Counted from the first letter of the stretch, positions 36,158-50,330 are shown. The stretch: 64,000 bases of DNA from Botryllus schlosseri (GCA_051294905.1 CM119376.1:25234001-25298000); one strand, 5' to 3'. A program made the numbers and translations. The notes: a model not told the origin generated them from the sequence alone.

Positions 36158-39100
36158 TTCTAGACAATCTATATGCGGTTCCCGATTTCAATGGAATCGC
36201 ATGCGAATTGTGGATGTTGTGATAACTTCAACCGGAAGGGATGATCTTTTATTCTAACCTTTGTAACTGACCATAATCTAGGGTAGTACTAGCATCCTTA
36301 GCGTAACCAGGTAAAGATGGGTTGGCTTTTCATGCCATGACTATAATTTTGTTCGTGACGTCTTGATAAGTGACAGCTGCGCTCTTCGCATGAGATGAGC
36401 CAGGGTGCAATCTAAGGTTTTTCGGTAATATTGTTTAATAAACCGTTGTAAAATATTGGTCCGTAATTAACCAAACATCAGACTAGCACCAAGTCTAACC
36501 GTGGCCTACGATAACTTAGTTATCTAACATTCTCCAATTTCGCAGGACAGCACAATGTTTGGAATATTGCCAATTTGAGTAATGTTGCGGCCTATTACGG
36601 ATGCAGATTTGAGCACCGCTGTTTTACTGAGTCTGCACAATGTCATTGTCTATGCCAAAAATTCAGTTTTTGTTATTGACAGATAGTTCGCTGATGGTCT
36701 TGCCATATAAATGTTTGATATCGTGAGTACATGCCGTCACTCTATTGTAAGAACACGGTCATAAAATTGATTTACGATCTGAAATTTTTTTACGGCACTA
36801 GGAAAGGGGATCTTATAAAATCACACACGGTTCGGATCAACGATTGTATATGCAAATTGCAATGCAATATTGGCCGCTTATAATCATTACAAGTTTGTGG
36901 TATAGCGTCCGCCCGCACATCCATGTCAAATGTGAATAATGTAATTAGTGTCAACGCACCGTGATTGCCCAAGAGCGATTCTCGAAAAAGCAGAACGTAG
37001 AGGAACACGAATACAATATATATTATCTCTATAAGCTGTAACCCGCCCTATCTATTCCAGTTAACTTATTTTAAAATACCCTGCATTCCCCGAGACTTTG
37101 AGTTACCACCCAGCATAGGTGCAAACTGACATGTGTGCTTGCACTGCGCGCAACAGGCGAAAAATATCGAGGCCGGCTTTTGTGTCGGATGGGAAGTGAA
37201 TGTCGCGGAGACACTCCGAAATGTTCCCATTCAACTAGATTATAATATTATAACGAAGTCACGAAATTCCCACCGCGAATCTGCGCGGACTGTTTACTTA
37301 CCCCTCCGTCTGTCAGAGACTCTTCATGATGTGCCGGTTGATCTATTCTCGACGAGGATTACGCACGCCGTACATTTGGCACAATATGGAAAGGTATCCG
37401 ATTCCCACTTGATATGACGCTCAATTTGCGACAGTCGAAGTAACAACCGCGTCGATATGATACTTTTTACGAATTCTACACAAGCGCCCGAGACCGAGGA
37501 AGAAGGGTTGAGTGAAGCGACATTTTGTATGCGTCTTGAGACTCAAATTTTCGTCGCAAATTCTGTTCCCTGCGAAACGTAGCCTACGCATCCCATATCG
37601 AGTTGGACAGATTTGCAACAGGAATATTTTGTGAGAAGCCTTAGCCACTGTCTCCGGTCATATTTGGGTATACAGAACAGTAACTGGGATGTGATAATCA
37701 TTTTCATTTGATTTATTATAAGTATTATAACAATAGGGGGACATTGGGACTCGTAAAAAACCCTAACAGAGTGAGACACCACCATAATGACATACATATC
37801 ATGCGGGTACATTATTATACACGTGACATTCAGTTTCTTATAAACATGTTATCTTATCGCTGTCGATATCAAAAGGTATTACCCATAAAGTCCGAAGTAT
37901 TTTAAAATTTTCGACTTATCTATTTTATTTCAATGGCCTGTGTCAAATCCGTCTTAAGAACATATTCATTTCGTTTTACGCGCGTTGATGTTTCTCTACA
38001 CGCTGAGGTATTTTTTCTCTCTGCAAAAGTATTGGTCGTATAATGTCCTTGGCATTTCTGAATTCGAGCGATTGCGTGCGTACTTGGAGTTATTTGCCCT
38101 TGAACAAATATAATAACGTTTTAAGAAGGCTCTTCTTAAGCGTCAATGACTCATACCCCACGATTTGGCGTATTTGTCGAGTGGCAGCGCATTAGCGCTA
38201 TCGAATAACGCCACGCGGCGCTTGCATCTTCTTCCATAGGCTTGTGTTTCATGTTTTGGAAAATGACCTGTTCGGATTACTTATGGCAGCGGGCATAACC
38301 TACAGCCTGAATTCGGGAAGCTGCTACTCGTATGATACTATTTCGTAATCTCGGCGTGTCTACACAGCGACAGTCCGACACACATCTTCTAACTATATGG
38401 TGGAGTGAAATGTTGAAGTGTTGCTGGCTGGTTGTATATGTTACTTCCAGATTAAACAATAAATGTATGATGTGTTTGACATGTTTTGGTACATTTCGAT
38501 AACACAAACGGGGCGGGCGTTAAATCTTTTATTGTCAGTAGGGCGTTAGAGGAGGAGCATATTACAAAACCGTTCCTCCCGATGAATGAAGTCCAATCAA
38601 TAACCATTGTTCTATCCGTGTCAAACATGTTATTCCTTACCTCCCAAAACACGAGTGCTGTATACTCCCGTCTTGTACATAATCTGAGTGATTGTGTCCC
38701 GGAAATTAGATACTTCCAACCCAGCGATTGTATATTGTTGAACGGCTTGTTGGATTGCTTACACAAAGAACCAACCTCCATTCCTAGGGATCGGTTATAT
38801 CTACACGCTCTATTCCGAGATACCGTATCGTCTACATTTTGTTCTAGTGCCTTGCCAAGCTCTTCAGGCAATGAAAAGGCTAGAAACATGATATACTGCT
38901 GGTTCACCAGGAATGAATGCAATCACAATAGAATCAGCGTATTTGGAACCCGTTTGGTCTCGATTCGCAGTCCTTCAACCTTGGAAAATTGAAATCGCAT
39001 TATTCTGGGTCACTGGGTTCCAGTATCAAAATGATGATAGCTCGTTTACTACAAATTGAAACAGCACTTCATCGGGAATGAAAATGGGTGGATAGAACTC

Positions 39101-40874
39101 CCGGTCAAACACGCAATATGCATCTTTTACATGAAGGTTTGTACGCAACAATTTGTTATTGTCGTGTCGACCATGATGTTGATATCGCATTCACAATTTG
39201 AAGACGGTAAAATTGGTATTTTGGCGAAAATCGAATATTAAGGAATCCCTTGCCTGCATTCTTACACTTGATGTAGCAAGGCTTCGCCGACGTCAATTTC
39301 TGGTCGGTGTTAAGACAACTTGGGCGGGGTGCGCACAATATTTTATCAACAAATTTTGTAAAATAATCCCTTTGTATCACTTGATTCCACACGACAAAAG
39401 CTTTAGAACAACCACTAATTAAGCGTGGTATAAACACAGTCCGATAGATCAGGTAATATTATATTGTTGAGTAAATCTGGTACAAGAGAGCATAAGCTCG
39501 ACGATACGTCACGATCATTCACGCAGATATTCACCGATTCCACCGAGTTAATTTGACAGTCCAAACATTGTGCAATAGCGCCGACCATAATTAGACTTTT
39601 CCGGTTCTACAAAGTTTCTCGCGCAGCGCATAGTTATGCTCAGATCTTCAAATAACTGTAGTCATTTACCAGTAGAACTGGGAATATCAACATGTTTAAG
39701 CTACGCTTGAAATTATCGGATCATGATTTGATTTGACGTATCGATCGTATCATTTGCCGTCGATATCGACACATGCCACGTCTTCTTCATAGCTTGTCCA
39801 ATGTCGATTTTCAACCTATTATTTTGTTATTTCCCTTCAGCGTGCATGCCCCATTTTTCATTTAATTGGTTGATTGATTGATTGACTATTTCAATTCGTT
39901 TCGTCTCCTTTCTATCTTTACGTGGTATCGCAATATTCTGTTGCTTGAACTGATAGAAATATCATCAAACGAATTATGATAATAATAATCATCTTCCAAG
40001 AGTCGCACCCCCCACCAAATAATGATATAGGGCGCCAATATAGCACTGCGACTCCATGAATTATTATTGAAACATACCCACTGCAATAATTTTATGATCT
40101 TCATGGTCAATAATATAATAATAATAATAATAATGTAATATGGGAATATAGTTAATGGTTATTATGTATCGCCTACTGCATATCTCGACCATTAGTAATT
40201 GATACTGATTCATATTGACCGATGTATTAGCTTGTGGTTATGACTTATGATATGTCAATGCGGATGAGGATTTCAGTCGTTGTTCGGACTTCTCATTTTC
40301 ATATGGTCACGATTTCTCTCGGGACATCAAGGCCGTTCTGGTTTCCGGTTTTATGTATGCGCTGAAAAGATTTCCCCGTGGCTTGGCCCGTAAATTTAAT
40401 TCCTTAGGAATAGTTTACCTTAAGCTGCAGGTGTTTACGATCCGCGGCCAAGAAATAGTACTTTCATTTATCATAAAACATTCCATTTCAATACCGTTGT
40501 CATTATTAGCGGCGTTTGAAGGCATAGATCGTATGTCATCCGTTCAGTAGGTACATGATATGCGGCATTGCATCTGAATTGGCAGTAAAGAGCTGTAACC
40601 ATCCAGTGAATAGATTCTCTAGCGCCACCAAGCGCAAATATCATACAGTATTTCGATAGCTCAGTGTATAAAAGGAGTAACACACTGAACTATTTAACCA
40701 CAACGGTCCGAATCATTTATTAATTTTATCATTTCAGAATTTTACATGATTGCAATTGCAATATTGCATGATGCAATAAAATAGCATTCAAAAAAACGAT
40801 TAAAGAATATATGTTAGCAAATCACGAGGGTCCTAGTCACAAGACATTCTCTGATTTTAATTATTGACTCTCTA

Positions 40875-40990
40875 CTCGCCATCTAACCTGCGTAAACGGT
40901 GTCTTAAAAAAGCGTAGAAGTGGGCCGTGCTACAAGTCGACAGATACGAAATGATAATACAGAATATCGGCCTGGTATAAATAACCATGC
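40875..40990 (+). repeat. Dispersed SINE-like repeat, copy B
   Basis: Same core as copy A. Confidence 0.8.
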
Positions 40991-41571
40991 AGTCAATCAC
41001 ACTAAAAATATCTTGCTTATGCAAAGCATGCCCTCTACCCATTGCCCACTCAATTGTGCTCCTTTGTTGGTTGCTGTCCTTGCAATACACCACACCTTGC
41101 TTCATATAGATCATATTTTATAAATGGAAGAACTAGGATATTATTTGAATACTGAGATAGCCATCGCACGGTATTTCGTCAAAATTTCCAGGAATTTAAA
41201 ACCAATTCGGACTGCACTAAATTATTATATTTTTTATCCAGTTTTATTCAATGCCTGGAGTCATTACAACCCTATTGAAATATCATTGACGAATCGCTAT
41301 TGCAGCGACGTGTGATAACCTTCGTCGCGATTTCCAATTTTTATGCCAAAGGCTCATCGGGGTTATTATCTGATTTATATTTGGTTTATTTCACATCTCG
41401 TGCAAACCACTAACGAATTAGTTTTTTAATCAATGATCATCGTTAAGTCAGTTAATTGCTTGAAAGATTTTATTATTCATAAATTAAATTACTTGGTGCG
41501 CATGTAGTGGCAAGATAGCGTAGTGGTATAATCAAAATTGCTACCTAAATGTTGGAGGTTTACCTTGGCTC

Positions 41572-41709
41572 CTCCTCGCCATTTCACCCGTGTTAGCGGT
41601 GTCTTATAAAAAGCCTGGAAATGGGCCGTGCTACAAGTCGGCAGCTACGGAATACAAATGAGGAAAATTGACCTGGTGTAAATTACCAGCATAGTAGTCG
41701 ACAAACACC
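41572..41709 (+). repeat. Dispersed SINE-like repeat, copy C (a hAT-like insertion begins at 41710)
   Basis: Same core as copy A. The pre-insertion sequence resumes at 43391, after the TSD. Confidence 0.75.
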
Positions 41710-43382
41710 CAGAGGTGGTCAAAGTGGTCAAGAAAGCTACTCAAGTAGAAGAAGAAGTAGCGACGAAAAAATCTACTCAAGTACGAGTAGAAGTACTTCT
41801 TCCATGAGCAACCTAAAACTACTTGAAGTAGAAGTAAAATTTACTGACTTTAAAAGTACTCAAGTAAGTAAGTAGTTGTGAAAACGATCCTAATTCGTTC
41901 ACATGAATCGTAAAAAGGTGCAAATTGAGCTATGCGAAAGGTGCCTAGCTTGATTCATATTGATGCATACCAGCAGGTCTCCAATTTTCGATAGCATGTA
42001 AGCATTAGTGCGGAGCGGATCGACAAATTCTCTGGTCCGGCTCCGGCCGCATCAGTAAAAGTACTGATCCGGCTCCAGTCCGGTTCCGGCCAAAAATGAA
42101 AAAGTCCGGCCAGAAATCCGGCCCTACTCGGTACGGAGGTTCCGTGAATTGATAATTATGCCTCGTTTATGTTCACACTGGCTTGGTGGTTATTTACGTG
42201 TGGTTGGTTGGTAGTTATATAGCTATAAAAGTTATGCTTATCCATAGAGATTCTGGCCGGATCAAAAAAGTAGTGATCCGGCTCCAGCCGTAACAGAAAA
42301 AGTACTGATCCGGCTCCGATCCGGTCCAATCAAAATTGTAAAAATCCGGCCGGATATCCAATCCGGCTCCGGTCCATGATCCGCACCAGTAAGCATTCGT
42401 CCACATCATGGGATGAAAATGATAGTATTTATATCGAAATGCGATACTAATTCTCCGTTTACTTAAACAGCACGTTTTAGAAAATACCATAGTACTGCGC
42501 ACTCTCCCATATTATAAGGCATGTAGTTTTGTCGAAGAGCAATACGGAGATGTTGTGTTGGATACGGTGTAAACGCTTTGTGCGATTAGTAAACGTTAAT
42601 AAAAATATGGTGGACCGTAAGCTATATTGTGTAGCTTTATATCTGGAAATTGAAGACATTACTACACTTGTTTTTATGCTTCAACATGTATTGTACGTCA
42701 TCCAGACAAAAGAACTGATATAAATTTGAAATCAAAATATATGGTACTGGGAATTGAAAGTGAAATATAAATCCAAAAACGGAATATGTATTTAATGTCT
42801 TTAGTCCAGAAAGTTACGAAGGTTGGTATGCTAAAACAGCTCTAAAACTAAAAAAGTCAGAGTCCACTTTTCCGGATTAGGACACGCCATGGACTGCTAG
42901 ATTGCGATATGATATGGAAATGCTAGATTGCGAAACATCAGTTTCAAACGTTATGATAAGCCATATATACTGTGATGAAATACTTGATATGGCGAAGGGC
43001 GACAATGCGGTGTGAACGGAACCACGCCACCCCGCCACCTAAATTATATTGACCGATACTTTCGTGAAATCATACTGGTTACTCCGTATTCACTGCGCGC
43101 GAAGCGCGACGAAAATTCTGGGCTTAACTCAACTTTTATGAAAATTAAATGTCGATACTCCGTGAAAACAGCCCCGAAATTTCTCAGGCTATCTTCCTGA
43201 TTGGAGGATTAAACTACTTCTACTTGACAAACTGAAAATAGCGAGAAGTAAGTAAGTAGATCACAAAATATTATGAAGTAGAAGTAGTGAAATTCAGATC
43301 TACTTGAGTAAGTACCAGAAGTAGAGGAAAACTACGTGATTACTGCGAAAAAGTAGAAGTACTTCGTTACTGACCACCTCTG
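41710..43382. mobile_element. hAT-type non-autonomous element, 1673 bp, AGTAGAAGT-rich ends
   Basis: TIRs CAGAGGTGGTCA / TGACCACCTCTG. Perfect 8-bp TSD CAAACACC (41702-41709, 43383-43390). No transposase ORF. Confidence 0.93.
42006..42388. mobile_element. hAT-type MITE, 383 bp, with CCGGCTCC repeats, nested in 41710-43382
   Basis: Ends TAGTGCGG / CCGCACCA. Perfect 8-bp TSD GTAAGCAT (41998-42005, 42389-42396). Confidence 0.9.
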
Positions 43383-44246
43383 CAAACACCATGAATATTG
43401 CGAACACCAACAACATGATGCGCATAACTTTATACTTCCATGGTTACCTCGAAGAGGGAAATTCACCATTGGATCTATGCAATGATTTTAAATCGTAATA
43501 AAATATTCTATTGATATACATTATACAACCACGAGGCTATAACGCGCGGCAAAATTATTCCCGTTGCCGTGACAGACTGTGCGTCTTGTTAAGAATTTGA
43601 AGTAGTTTTAAACGTACAAAGGTGAATTTTAGGCTCCTAAATGGCAGATTTCATGCATATCTAGTGGATCTTACTTGAATTATTTAAAGATTTGTACAAA
43701 TTCGAAACAAAAGCTGTAATTATTGTGCCGATTTTCGAGATGATTCAACAATCTAGATAAACACATGATCACTTTGGAAATAAATCTCAGAAAATTGAAG
43801 GCATTTAGGAAGAAGATTCCCATTCGATGAGGCAATAAGAGTTACACAGCAAATGATACTAAGTTGACTTTTCGTACGCGATTACGTAAGACTGCCGAAA
43901 GTCGATTTAGCATTCATGACTGCAACATTACTACGGAATGATTTGATTAATAAATTCTTAACATATTAAATCCATATATGAACCACATATACAAATATAT
44001 GGATGTTAAATTTACTTAAATGTGTATTTATGCCACACTAAAGAGACATATTATTTACCACAGAGGAGTGCAAACCCTTATCGACGGGCGTGCTAAAGAA
44101 TGGTTAACGCAGTGACACCGTTGGCGGTTGGCGCACATATATGCTCTCCAGATGCGAATATCACGATTGCATTGAGAATTGGTGACGGTCATGGCGAGAC
44201 TTAACAATAGAGTTTGATATCGAACCATACAATTATGAATATAGTT

Positions 44247-44651
44247 CAGCGGTTCTCAACCTTTTTCGACTCATCGCCCCCTTATTAATCTCGACGCAAA
44301 TGTTCGTCCCCCATATTTACGTACACAAAAAAGATTACATATGATCGGAAAATTTATTCATCTAACTCTGATCGCTGCTGAATTTACTAAAAACGGCCGT
44401 ATTTCCTAGGTTGTAGGTGCTAGGAAGAGCGGTTTCCGCGTCTACTTTCCGCTGAGTTGATCTTTCATTCGCGTCATACGCAGGATAAGCCCTCTTCTCG
44501 TGCATTTATGAGCGTGTTAATTAAATATATCTCACTGAACGTTCCAACATTTTCGCCCCTCAGTCTCACCCTTGGTATTTTCGCCCCCTGGCTTCTCAAA
44601 ATCACGCACTGGGGGGGGGGGGGGCGATATCGCCCACGTTGGGAACCCCTG
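44247..44651. mobile_element. hAT-type MITE related to 35789-36157
   Basis: CAGCGGTTCTCAACC ... GGGGGCGATATCGCCCACGTTGGGAACCCCTG. The right end is near-identical to that of the 35789 element. No TSD match. Confidence 0.7.
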
Positions 44652-44874
44652 AAGGAAAAACGATTTCAGGTTATTGAATATATTATGTCGAAAATATTTA
44701 TATGCAAAGTCATCATATGCATATTGTAGTGGGTCCTAGCCCTCTACACCTTAGCTCATACGTATCAGACAACGCTCCATTATCAACCCATTTTACACGC
44801 CGCACGCCACCCAGAATTGGCACATGTTCTCTGGCCGCAAGCTTTTTCTTTGCAGGCTGCACATTGCATACCCA

Positions 44875-45320
44875 TAGGGTTGCATTTAAAACAAATTGTT
44901 GTTTAAAACACTCTGTTTAAAACATATTCAAACAGTGTTTTAAACAGAGGCCTTCTTTAAGAAAATTGTGTTTTTTTCAAGTTGTAAAATCGGGCCATAA
45001 TTGTGTAAATACTTTCCAAAAAACATGTTGTATGAGCCTATTCGGACAATTACCACCCGATGTAGCCGACGTATACGATATGGGATGGTTGGAACCCTCA
45101 AATTAGTCGGTTCAACAGCTACAGTACGTATATATGTCGTCACAGGAACTATATTTACCCTATATTTTAAATGGTCAATGTAAAACGACAATGACGTCAC
45201 AATTCAATATTCGTGACGTCATGGCGTTAAAAAATAAAAAATAGAAAAAAATGTTTTGAACGAGGGCCTTGTTTTAATCATGTTTGTTTTAATTTGATTT
45301 TTGTTTTAAATGCAACCCTG
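44875..45320. mobile_element. MITE with TAGGGTTGCATTTAAAAC TIRs (family of 54202-54743, opposite orientation)
   Basis: TAGGGTTGCATTTAAAACA / TGTTTTAAATGCAACCCTG. The internal sequence aligns with the reverse complement of 54202-54743. TSD not recognisable. Confidence 0.8.
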
Positions 45321-47109
45321 GCCATGTATATCTAATATCATTCATTTCGATTCGACAATTCATTCTTCCTTCTTACCAATCGCCAAACTTCTTTGAACCT
45401 TCGCGATTCGGGGCCTCCTTTCGCGTATACAGTCAACTCCGCTTAATTCGTACACTTTGATTCCGCACGCTTTTGGCCGAATTAAGTGGAAATCAACTGT
45501 TTCGTTTCATGGTCATGGGTAAAGGCAGACAAGGCAATAAAAATGATGCAGGCGTGTTGCTTGTTGCCTGATGAATGAATCGCAGCTGCGCTGTACTGCA
45601 AAATTTGACAATGATAGCATAAAACGAAAAAGAATTGTAATATGTACCTTCGGGTTGGTTGAACTGTACACTGTACAGAATTTCTATATCTCACGATTCA
45701 ACCAATACTTTATATCACCGTGTAATACTGTAATACATACATATGGGGTAAAATAGTACAGTAATCACTCAAATACAGTACCAGTACAGTACCTTGCAGC
45801 AATGGCTATAACGGTATTTTCACTTGATAAATGTAAGCCTACACTACAAAACAGAAGGAATTAAAAGCAAAAAAAAATTTAGTTGGACAAAAATCATTCA
45901 TGGAAAAGTTAGCAACGAACTGTCAAGGAAAGATCTTTACTTCTTTCATTGTTTACTGTAGTGAAAAATTTAATATTTTCTGGTAAACCTTTCTGTACGA
46001 TTCTGTTCTGCTTGCCGGTCTTGTATGAATACATCGTCGATTGTTATTGTGTGGATCGTCATCATTTTACCATAATCTCTCATAATGCAGTTGTATCTTG
46101 TTGAGAACCAGCGTCCGAATTGAGCGGATAATTGTCCGAATAAAACGGAGTTTTTACGTGCAATTTTCACTTTTGTTCCGTCCCTGAGCATTTTGACCTA
46201 ATAAAGACGTTATCCGTTGTCCGAATTAAGAGGAGTCGACTGTATAAGGCTGCGAAATTTTCAACAAATATTAATTCATATTATTTATCATAGTGTATTA
46301 TCAATTAGAATTAAAACTCATATTTGGGACAGAGCTATACTGTTTCCCTCGTATACTGAAGTCCTACTATTTCCTTCAAAGCTGCTATACTCTTTAAAGT
46401 TATTATCAACTTGTTATCATAACTTGTTTTTATAGAAGAATATTCAACCCAGATTACATCGCGGAAAGGTAATTCAATCCATTGCATTTTCGATACATTA
46501 TTATGAGTGTCATTCTGAATATCTCACAACTCGACTCCCATTATGACAAGAAAAACATCATTTTGATCAATTTTTCATGCCCATTTCTCGTATTTCCGGG
46601 TCTCGGGGACTTATTAGCTAAACCGAGGCTTGATTAATCCTTCTCTGGTTTGCAATATCGCAGCACGTGATCGCTTGAGTCGTTTTATGACAGCTAAATA
46701 GAGTTGCGCGGACAGTTTTTGAAGTGTCGAAGTGTATCAGATCATTAATTAATGAGGATCGAATGACAGCTTGTAAAAGCTGTTATTTCCACAAAACCCG
46801 AGATACGGGACATTTGGTCGGGCACGGTTGGATCTCGACAGAAATCTGGTGAAATGGAGTGAAATCGAAGAAGGAATGGGTCGGATTTGTTGTCGTTTTC
46901 AACACGATTTAACCAGATCTTCATGAATCATGAATGGCTCTCATGCCATACCTACATAGGTTAACTACATTACGCTATGCAGGTATATTTTCTCTTCGAC
47001 GATACGATCTCATTCGAGAAAGGCGCGTCGAACTTGATTAGTGACAATCAGCAGCATCCAATGATAATACATTAAAATGCTCGCAGTGTGCATAAAATAT
47101 ATCACTACA

Positions 47110-47440
47110 ATCACATCAATCTTGGTCGTCTCTGCTTTTTATATCTTCAGAGGAACATAATTATGCAACATGAAATCTTTTGCTTACGGGATGGATATTA
47201 ATTCGCAGGTATATCAAATTTATCTTCTAATTAATATGACAAAACTGGCAATGTTGATTTCGGTCGTGGTTGTCTCTGCTTTTTATATCTTCAGGGAAGC
47301 ATATACACAGTATAGATACTATATTATACAGTATGAAATTATTTACCTACGGGATATAGATATTCATTCGCTGATATATTGAATTTATCTTCTAAATTAA
47401 TATGAGAAAACTGGCAAAGATGATTTTCATTACCCCGATT
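47110..47440. repeat. Local tandem duplication, about 145-165 bp period
   Basis: GTCTCTGCTTTTTATATCTTCAG identical at 47128 and 47272. AATTTATCTTCTAA..TAATATGA.AAAACTGGCAA at 47217 and 47383. Confidence 0.8.
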
Positions 47441-50272
47441 ATCATCTTGATCAATATCTGCTTGAGTTACTGGCATTTAAGAAAGACCAAACCCATTCAT
47501 ATTTTGTCACATTTTAACTCCGAATCTAATCAAACTTCAGAAATCACATACGTAAAGCAGTGGGCTTACAAACGCTCGCATTTGCGAAACTCATGATTAA
47601 AGGTCAACGTTGTCGTCCTTTCCACATTTTTCTGTCTGTCCGATGGATCACCAAGCATGACGCGACGTTTTGAAATGATGTAAATCTATATTGATTGATT
47701 ATCCAGGGAAAATTAGAATGCATTTCGCGCAGACTGAAATATTCCTACGAAGCACACTCATGCGCGGCAACGCTGGGGCGTTACAATAATTCCAATGAAC
47801 GTAGAAACCCGAAGTCAGTGTGATCGAGAGTGAATGGCACTATTATCATCATCGAATTGTCACGATACCAGTCCGATATCCCATTGGGTCAGTACCATAA
47901 TCGCCCGAACGCTGACTTTGGGTACTTTTGAATCATTCCAAACTGTTTCATCATTTATATTGCCATAGAATATGGCACAATGATAGGCATATATCTACAA
48001 CTGCATTAGGAGTTGCGATGCATGAAGTAGGCTAAAGCGTATAGAAGGATAATCTCATACAGTCAAATATGTTGTCTTTCGTTTCACTTCAGTTCTCGAA
48101 TGGTTAGACCCAGCTGCGTCATCTTGTGATTAAAAATCTGCAATCGAGTTTGCGGAAGCCGTGGATAATGTAATCTGTGTTTGCTCGAGTGAGATTATTA
48201 TCTCATTTCTAACTGACAGGATTACGTTGTTTCTAATTGAACTCGCTAAAAATGGAGATTCGAAGCAATTACAGAGCATTACTTCACATCTCCTGTCTTG
48301 TGTATTAAAAGAGATTACAGGCGATGAATTTGAAACGGCCCAGAAAGCGCCGTAACCGTGAACGCTTAGAGCAAATTGGATATGAAATTTCGCTTGACTT
48401 TTCTCACGGTCATCTTTATTCCGACCATTGCAAGAATATTTGATAATCGCCTCGGGCATTTGTGTAGATATTTTATTCTGTTGAACTTTATATTGCGTGT
48501 GGATAAATCGTGGGTTAATCGCATGAATAATGAACCTGGGAAAATTGTTTTGGCAAATGTTCAATTTTCTGATAAAATTCCCACAGCCTAATGATGAACT
48601 AATATCGATTTATAGCAAGTATCACGAGTTATCGACAATGTTACTATGTGTCAACATTTAAAACATTTTATTAACGCATCCACGCTTCCCTTGTCAAATA
48701 GATATCGAGGTAAATAGACCGGTTGGTATAGGTATTAATAGAACTCCACATATCGTAAGCCTTCTTATTCATGTAGCTTTTTTTAAACACAGAGATGTAA
48801 TCGACATTTCAAGCGTATCCTATGCGCACCTCCAAATTATATGTCACGAATATATGGACTGCCAAGGCAGGTGCACTTTTGAAATGCCTTACGGGGTACG
48901 AGATACCATATCAACTCAATACCTTGGTATATTTTTCTATCTTATGCGTTGGTTTTTCAACTTAATAACTTCACCACGTAACTGTAACCAAAATATCAAA
49001 AACTAGTCCACGTTGATGACGCAAATTTCGAACGAAAAATCGGCGTCGACAGTACCAAATAATTTTAAATAGTCGTTGATAATGAGGTAAATCCTATCCA
49101 CAATGTGAAGAAGTTACGATGGTGTTCTACTAATCTGCTTCTACGCATTATCCGATACCAAATCAATAGCACAAAGCTGAAATCCCACATCAATGAAATT
49201 TCAAGTCGTACTGACGAAATATTACATGCATACAGAGAACAAAATAGCTCCTCGATTGACCGTTGTCCGATAGATCTCGATCAAAATTGTGACCGTAACT
49301 TAATTATATTTCATTTACCGTAATATAACATAGGGAGTTACATGACATAATAATTTCATGGATTATGATGTGTATTAATTTGGTTCTGGCTTACAGGCTC
49401 GATGATGCACCGTAAGGTGGCTCAATAATTATTAATTAGATATCGGATTATCCTCGATCGTCTGTCGACATGACGGTGCGCCGCCGACGTGAGAAAAGAT
49501 GCGCCATTACATTACAAATGGCATTAGTGGATTAGAAATATCGGTCCGATAATCTGATTTTCTGTACGACAATAATGTATATTTACCTCAGATGCTGTTG
49601 ATCTGTTATGTTAAGGTAAATTCGAGCTTTGGCATTCGATATAAACATTACCCTTCATTGTGCTTTCTATACAGCATTTGGTCCGTACATAGGCTATCGG
49701 CATTGGAAATGCGTCACTTTAGCATGTGGGTTAGAGTTAGGTCCTGTACTGAGGTTAGGCTTATAAATTCACTCAATCGTGGCTATTCAACTGTCGTTTA
49801 TCCTGTCGACTGTCATATGTGTTGAAATCTCTATATTTTTATATTAGAAAATCCGCAAACGTTTTTCTTTTCTGTTCACTGTCAGATACAAATATACCTG
49901 ACTGTTAGTCCAATTTTTGGACGGTGTGCAGAATTGCGACATTTTTATACCAACTGCAAGATACGGGATATATTAAAATACGTATATACATTTCATTTGA
50001 AAGAGATATATACGCAGTTAAAACATTACGAAATGACTGAAATTGGCGAGCTATTATCGATTCTGATTAGATTCAAAATAAAAAGTTCCGAAGAGTTGCA
50101 ATTAATGATATAAACTATATTGAAAACTAAATCTTTTAATCTAATACTGGTAGGAATCCGATATCGCAGGATAGTAAGCTTAAAATATACTGCATCAGGA
50201 GACGAGAAAGTATATTTCCATTATGGTGCGAAGTGGCCTCGATAAAACTGAGGTACAATCGTCATTGTAAAT

Positions 50273-50330
50273 CAGGGGTTCTTAAACAGGGGCTCACAAA
50301 CTGGTTTCAGGGGGTCGTGAGGGGTATTGT
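50273..50330. mobile_element. Left-end fragment of a CAGGGGTTCTTAAAC-type MITE
   Basis: Terminus resembles the CAG(T/G)GGTTCTCAA family. No right end found. Confidence 0.4.

Noticed and set aside
38452-38992. Overlapping 156-aa (-) and 168-aa (+) ORFs; faint CRYNR..RNGG..FFV resemblance to a LINE endonuclease across a frameshift
   Set aside because: No convincing motif set and stops in the neighbouring frames. A tblastn/HMM search against APE and RT profiles would be needed; not supportable by eye.
40112-40140. (ATA)n microsatellite, and (TTGA)4 near 39868
   Set aside because: Ordinary simple repeats with no further structure.
48130-48591. 144-aa minus ORF and short plus ORFs with a basic KRPRKRR stretch
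   Set aside because: No recognisable family, no consistent exon structure and several stops. Possibly decayed TE.
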